The translations under genes were made by a program, and so were the position numbers. The notes under the pieces are model-generated. The model saw only the letters and a program-made list of their open reading frames with translations, did not search any database and was not told the origin of the DNA. From NCBI GenBank assembly GCA_049973945.1, contig JBMFJH010000005.1, forward strand, positions 11,441 through 75,440: a stretch of 64,000 nt of DNA. Direction: 5' to 3'. The stretch is from Thermoprotei archaeon (GTDB taxonomy: Archaea > Thermoproteota > Thermoprotei_A > Sulfolobales > Sulfolobaceae). How positions within the stretch are numbered: the first letter of the stretch is position 1; every line of letters begins with the position of its first letter. Below are positions 58,511 to 64,000 of the stretch, piece after piece.

Positions 58511-59485
58511 TTACTCGGCCTTCCACTCAGCGATGTGCGACATCTCCTCGGCCAACCCCTTCAGCCCTTCCTTGCCCGCTCCCCTGACCTTGCTGCACAG
58601 GTAGTCCACGAAAGCGTCGAGCTTCGCCCTCCTCTCCTCGGCCTTGGCGGTGTCGCCGGTCAAGGCGACGACCTTAGTCCCGCCCTCCTGCCTCGCCAAT
58701 TCGAGCTTGGGGAGGGAATCGTCGAACCCTCCCCACCTACCGCAGGCCTCCTGGACGGCCTGGAGCGAGCCCTTGAGGGTCGCCTCGATCACCTCCGCCC
58801 TCACATCCTCAGCGCTCCTGGCCAGCTCCACCAAGTCCTCGCTGAGCGGTTTATACCTCGGGGGAGTCCCCACCTCGACGAGCTCGTAGGAGTTCTGGGC
58901 CGTGGGGACTGCGTAGACCACTACCAAGTCCTTGTTGGTGAGGGAGGTCAGCCAGTTCGTCACGTCGTGGGCCATGACGGTCACGAAGTTCAGGCTGTGG
59001 GTCACGTCGAGCACGACGGTGTCCTCCTTCGTGGACTTGACCACGGGGTAGAGCTTCCTGACCATGTAGCCCCTGACGTGCTCCGGCTGTACGTCGAAGA
59101 GGACGTCCCTGAACTTGCCCAGCGCGGGGATTATAACGACTTTGAGGTCGGGCCTGACCTGGGGCACGCACTCCTTTATACAGCCCTCGGCCAGCTCCTC
59201 TAGGTAGGCCCCGCTCTCCCCCTCCAAGTCCTGCAACGCCCTCGAGGAGCGGGAGGTGAACGAGTTCTTCGCGACGGGGCAGAAGGCCCCCAGCCTGTTG
59301 GGGTCGCCGGGCAACGAGGAGAAGAGCACCGAGGCGAGGCCCACAATCACGGTTTCTCCCTGGTAAAGGGGGACTGTAGTCCAGCAGTTGACCTCCTTCT
59401 CCCTCATCGCGAGCTCCGTCCTGGAGCGGTAGGTCGCCCTAGTCCAGTTCAGGGGGTCTCCCCAAGTAGCTATGTAGAGGGGCAT
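58511..59485 (-). CDS. CRISPR-associated DxTHG-motif family protein (CARF-related), no HEPN motif seen
   Basis: VVLDVTHSLNFV = DxTHG motif; MPLYIATWGDP N-terminal strand; 324 aa, shorter than I expect for this family. Confidence 0.6.
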   Translation of the reverse strand: MPLYIATWGDPLNWTRATYRSRTELAMREKEVNCWTTVPLYQGETVIVGLASVLFSSLPGDPNRLGAFCPVAKNSFTSRSSRALQDLEGESGAYLEELAEGCIKECVPQVRPDLKVVIIPALGKFRDVLFDVQPEHVRGYMVRKLYPVVKSTKEDTVVLDVTHSLNFVTVMAHDVTNWLTSLTNKDLVVVYAVPTAQNSYELVEVGTPPRYKPLSEDLVELARSAEDVRAEVIEATLKGSLQAVQEACGRWGGFDDSLPKLELARQEGGTKVVALTGDTAKAEERRAKLDAFVDYLCSKVRGAGKEGLKGLAEEMSHIAEWKAE

Positions 59486-59698
59486 CGGGAGGGTTAAGCG
59501 GGAGGGTTAATAAGCTGGGCTATTCGCAGTCGCTCGCAACGCTTATATCTCGCGCGGCCAAAGGAGTTGTACGAGGCTTGGCCGATGAAAAGCCTGCACG
59601 ACCTGTCGGGGCGGGCCCGAGGGGGATGAGTGCGGGTGGGCCCCTGACCTGTCGGGGCAGCCCCGAGGGGGATGAAGGGGCCATTGGGGTGATTCGTT

Positions 59699-60268
59699 TT
59701 GACCCGAGGGAAGTACTACCTCTTCCTGGACGAGTCTTACGACTTGAACGCCTTCGTGTTGGCCCTCGTTTGGACGGGGAACTTGAGGGATGTGGTGGAG
59801 GTGAAGAGGAGGGCCCTGAGGAGGATAGGGAAGGAGAGCTACAAGTTCCACTTCTCCGACGACAGGGACGCCATAAGGGAGGCCTTCCTCGGGGAGATCC
59901 TTTCGTCCCCCTTGCATCTAGGGGTAGTACTCTTCGACGCGGTGCCGAAGACTTGCAGGGACTACGCCGTGTACTACGTGTCCGTCCCGCTCAAAGTCTT
60001 ACCGGTGTCCAATTCCATAGTCTACGTTTACGTGAAGGGGCTCAAGTCGTGGCTCCCCAGGGATTGCGACCTCCTGAGGGAGGCCCCTTCTTTAGGCTGG
60101 CACGGCAACGCCGTCGTCCTGAGGCTCAGCTTCGGCGAGCTCGAGAGGGCCGGGCTCGAAGTGGCCGACTACCTGGCCTCCCTTTACAGGCGGTGCCTCG
60201 CGAGGGGCTTCGAGGGGGAGTGCGGGGCTTTGGACGAGAGGCTCGAGTTCGTGTACAGGTGGCGTTGA
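59699..60268 (+). CDS. DUF3800-like protein
   Basis: YYLFLDESYD near the N-terminus and LEVADYLASL near the C-terminus follow the DUF3800 pattern; TTG start. Confidence 0.5.
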   Translation: MTRGKYYLFLDESYDLNAFVLALVWTGNLRDVVEVKRRALRRIGKESYKFHFSDDRDAIREAFLGEILSSPLHLGVVLFDAVPKTCRDYAVYYVSVPLKVLPVSNSIVYVYVKGLKSWLPRDCDLLREAPSLGWHGNAVVLRLSFGELERAGLEVADYLASLYRRCLARGFEGECGALDERLEFVYRWR

Positions 60269-60536
60269 AGCCTCGAGCGGTTTGAAGGGAGAACCGGTCT
60301 GACGGAACTCCTCAATGATCAAAGGCGTCGCGAGTCTTCAGCCCTGCGACCTTCCCCACAGCGTCTTTTTATGCGACCGGCTCCGTCGCCAAAAGTGACG
60401 GCGTCGTCTCGTCACCTGCCCGAAAACGCAATGAGGCTCGTCATCTCGGTCGTGATGGGTGAGACCTTAATCCGCTCGCAGAGGAGAGATCGGAAGCGGG
60501 ACGCTCTCCTGGCTGGCAATTAATCGGAGCGCGACG

Positions 60537-61046
60537 TCAGGGAACCCAACCGGGCTTCTGTAGTCTTACCCTCACTTCCTCTATCAGGTTCAGGACGTTG
60601 GCCTTAGCTACCTCGTCGTTCCTGAACGGGCTGAGTACCGCGTCCCTGTCGGGCCCGTTGTACTGGTACTCTTGAACAGCTAGGGCGAGTTTCGTCACTA
60701 GGTTCACGTCTTTACCCAGCAACAGCGACAGCTCCTCCATGTAAGAGGTGGGGACTACGGCTATCAGCCAGTCGGCGAACTCGACGAACTTTTTCCCCCT
60801 CAGCCTCTTCTTCCCTGGATACCTCCTCAACAGCTCCTCCCTCTTGTCAACTAGCATGGCCCCTAACAGGGCCTTCCAAGCCTGGAACGCTCTGCCGGCA
60901 GCGTTGCGTAAGAGCCCCTCGTTGACGAACTCCTCAGCTAACTTGGACTCGTAGTACGCCTCCTCGACCCTCGTCCTCTTGTAGCCGGCCAAGTCGAACC
61001 AGGGCTTCGGCAGTTCCTGCACGAGTCGCTGTTCTCGCGCTACCAT
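60537..61046 (-). CDS. PaREP1-family protein
   Basis: EEAYYESKLAEEFVNEGLLRNAAGRAFQAWKALLGA.. fits the PaREP1 helical pattern. ATG 61046 is preferred over the upstream extension to 61148. Confidence 0.6.
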   Translation of the reverse strand: MVAREQRLVQELPKPWFDLAGYKRTRVEEAYYESKLAEEFVNEGLLRNAAGRAFQAWKALLGAMLVDKREELLRRYPGKKRLRGKKFVEFADWLIAVVPTSYMEELSLLLGKDVNLVTKLALAVQEYQYNGPDRDAVLSPFRNDEVAKANVLNLIEEVRVRLQKPGWVP

Positions 61047-61219
61047 AAAACCTTGCGTCGTGGCGAGGAAGGTATGGCTCACGCTGGGGGTTAGCGTCCG
61101 TAACCATTGCCAGATGAAAGGTAGGGGCTGTCTCCCCCGAACCCACACGGTTTTACGGCGCGCGGACGATCCGCGAACTCAAAGCGTTCGATGTCGCTCG
61201 AGACCAGGAGCCGTTTCCC

Positions 61220-61665
61220 CTACAACAGGAGGGAGTAGGCGTAGATGCCCAGGGCAAAGACGGCCAGCATGGCGAGGGGTATCACCAGCTCGTAGACCAG
61301 GGGTTCCCTCACCCCCTCCTCAGCGGCATGAGCCCAAGCCGGAGGTGGCGTGGAGGACGAAGAAGAGGGTGGGGGGCCCGATCAAGATTATGTAAAGCTC
61401 CAGGCTGTCGCTCCCGTTCAGGAGGCCGAAGGCGAGCTCCGAGACCAGGGCGGAGGACGGGGGGGGGCACGTGCCAAACCCCGTGACGCCCTCCAGGAGG
61501 CCCAGGACGAGGAGGATCCAGGCCGTGGCGCCCTGGAACGACTGGGAGTAGACCGAGTCCTGCAAGCCCCGGGGCGAAGGCCTTCCTCGACGCCATTATG
61601 ATGATTAGTCCCGGGACGGCGAGGAGGGGGCTCAGGGGGAACAGGGAGCTCAGGAAGGTGCCCAA
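61220..61665 (-). pseudogene. small membrane protein broken into three frames
   Basis: Hydrophobic segments continue across at least two frame changes (..LLAVPGLIIIMA.. / ..ATAWILLVLGLLEGVTGFG..LELYIILIGPPTLFFVLH.. / ..PLVYELVIPLAMLAVFALGIYAYSLLL*); a G9 run lies at 61459-61467. Confidence 0.35.
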
Positions 61666-61778
61666 CGATACCCTGAAGCCACTTCTGAGCAGGGTTCAAT
61701 GATCCGCTCCTCTGTTCCTCGGTTCTCTATTGAGGTTACGTCCGTCCTGACCCGAGGCGCGACGGGGGAGGCGTCACT

Positions 61779-63116
<1,338 letters not shown>

Positions 63117-63268
63117 TCAGTACGAAGCTTCAGCGGTGAACCAGCTCTCCCGTAAGTCCGATCGCTGGAGATAGGGTAGGGAAGAGCCGTTTCGAACTCA
63201 TGACCGAGCTCAGGCCGTTTCAACGGCGTCTCCCTCAGTTCAAACGACCGAACGAACTCGACCGCCCC

Positions 63269-63810
63269 TCAGGGCTCCCCGAAAGCCCTCCCTATCAGGG
63301 GTTCCGAAGGGCAGTACGCGTCGCCGACCTTCGCTATCCAGGAGGCCTCCAACAAGTGCTGCAAGTAGTTGTAGACCTGGGAGTCGCCGACGCTGACGCC
63401 CTCCATGGCCTCCAACGCCCTCTTTATCCTGCCCCACGAGGCACAGCCGTCGCTGACAGTCCTCATCACAGCCAGGTACCTCTCCCTGGCCCCCTCCCTG
63501 CCCTTGAGGAAGTTCTCGAACTCGCGCGTTATTAGCGTCCTCGCGTACCTCAGCGTCTCCTCCAAACTCCTCCCCAAGTCCCTCGTCTGGGAGTAGGTGA
63601 AGCCGAAGTAGGTCAGCCATCCGGGGATCCCCCCGAGCTCCTCATAGACCCTCTCGTAGTCCTGGAACGGCACGTTCATCTGGGAGAACCGGCCCTCAGG
63701 AACTCGGTCGCCTCCTCCTTAGTGAAGGGCCTCAGCTCGACCTTAAGGAAGGCCCTCCCGAAGAGGGGCGAACTCGGGTCGTCCACCCTCAGGAACGTCC
63801 AGGGCGTGAG
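63269..63810 (-). pseudogene. Arch_ATPase C-terminal fragment, frameshifted and 5'-truncated
   Basis: ..SSPLFGRAFLKVELRPFTKEEATEFLRAG then a frame change near 63685-63705, then MNVPFQDYERVYEELGGIPGWL... No Walker A/B part lies upstream on this strand. Confidence 0.6.
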
Positions 63811-63814
63811 CGTC

Positions 63815-64000
63815 ATGGGGAACGAGGTAAGGTTCAAGTGGCAGGGGAGGGACAGGCTGTCCTTCGCCGACCTGCTCGAGGCCCTGGACAGGCTCGACGA
63901 GGGGTTCGTGCTCGTGATCGACGAGGCTCAGGAGCTGATCAAGATGAGGGGCGCGGACTTACTGCCCTCGCTCGCGTACTCCTACGACAACCTGAAGGTG
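63815..64000 (+). CDS. Arch_ATPase-family fragment (Walker B region), runs off the window end
   Basis: ..RLSFADLLEALDRLDEGFVLVIDEAQELIKMRGADLLPSLAYSYDNLKV; lacks the Walker A region upstream, so probably itself 5'-truncated. Confidence 0.5.
   Translation, partial: MGNEVRFKWQGRDRLSFADLLEALDRLDEGFVLVIDEAQELIKMRGADLLPSLAYSYDNLKV

Overview
Archaeal chromosomal segment, most likely from a hyperthermophilic crenarchaeote (Thermoproteota). Supporting signals are AGG-dominated Arg codons, GC3-rich genes, frequent GTG/TTG starts, ATGA/TTGA gene overlaps, PaREP1-family genes, Csa3/Csa1-type cas genes, and 24-nt CRISPR repeats ending in the ATTGAAAG crRNA tag. nt 1-13,000 is mostly ordinary metabolism: a radical SAM enzyme, haem-copper oxidase subunit I, a thioredoxin-fold protein, pyruvate kinase, a macro-domain protein and a CrtI-like flavoprotein. 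The rest is a defence/accessory region. It holds three CRISPR arrays (30, 55 and 39 repeats) with three homologous leaders. It also holds a decaying I-A-style adaptation cassette: a csa1/cas4-like gene, cas1 with an in-frame TAG, a truncated cas2 and a split csa3. A visibly AT-richer 1455-aa STAND-like NTPase gene sits inside that cassette. A five-subunit type III (Csm-like) effector module follows, whose Cas10 keeps both the HD and GGDD motifs. Several CARF or CARF-like proteins, three VapBC-type loci, AT-rich islands and an unusually high number of interrupted genes complete the region. Best candidates for new biology: (1) 61779-63053, a CARF-wHTH-retropepsin-like (DTGF) aspartic protease fusion; (2) 39320-43687, a giant two-P-loop STAND/Avs-like protein between the inverted leaders; (3) 13314-14732, a CARF-like N-domain fused to a PIN nuclease; (4) 54531-55972, an ABC-type ATPase plus Cys-rich protein cassette inside the type III locus. 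All functional calls come from motif recognition by eye on the supplied translations. No database search, HMM or structure prediction was run.
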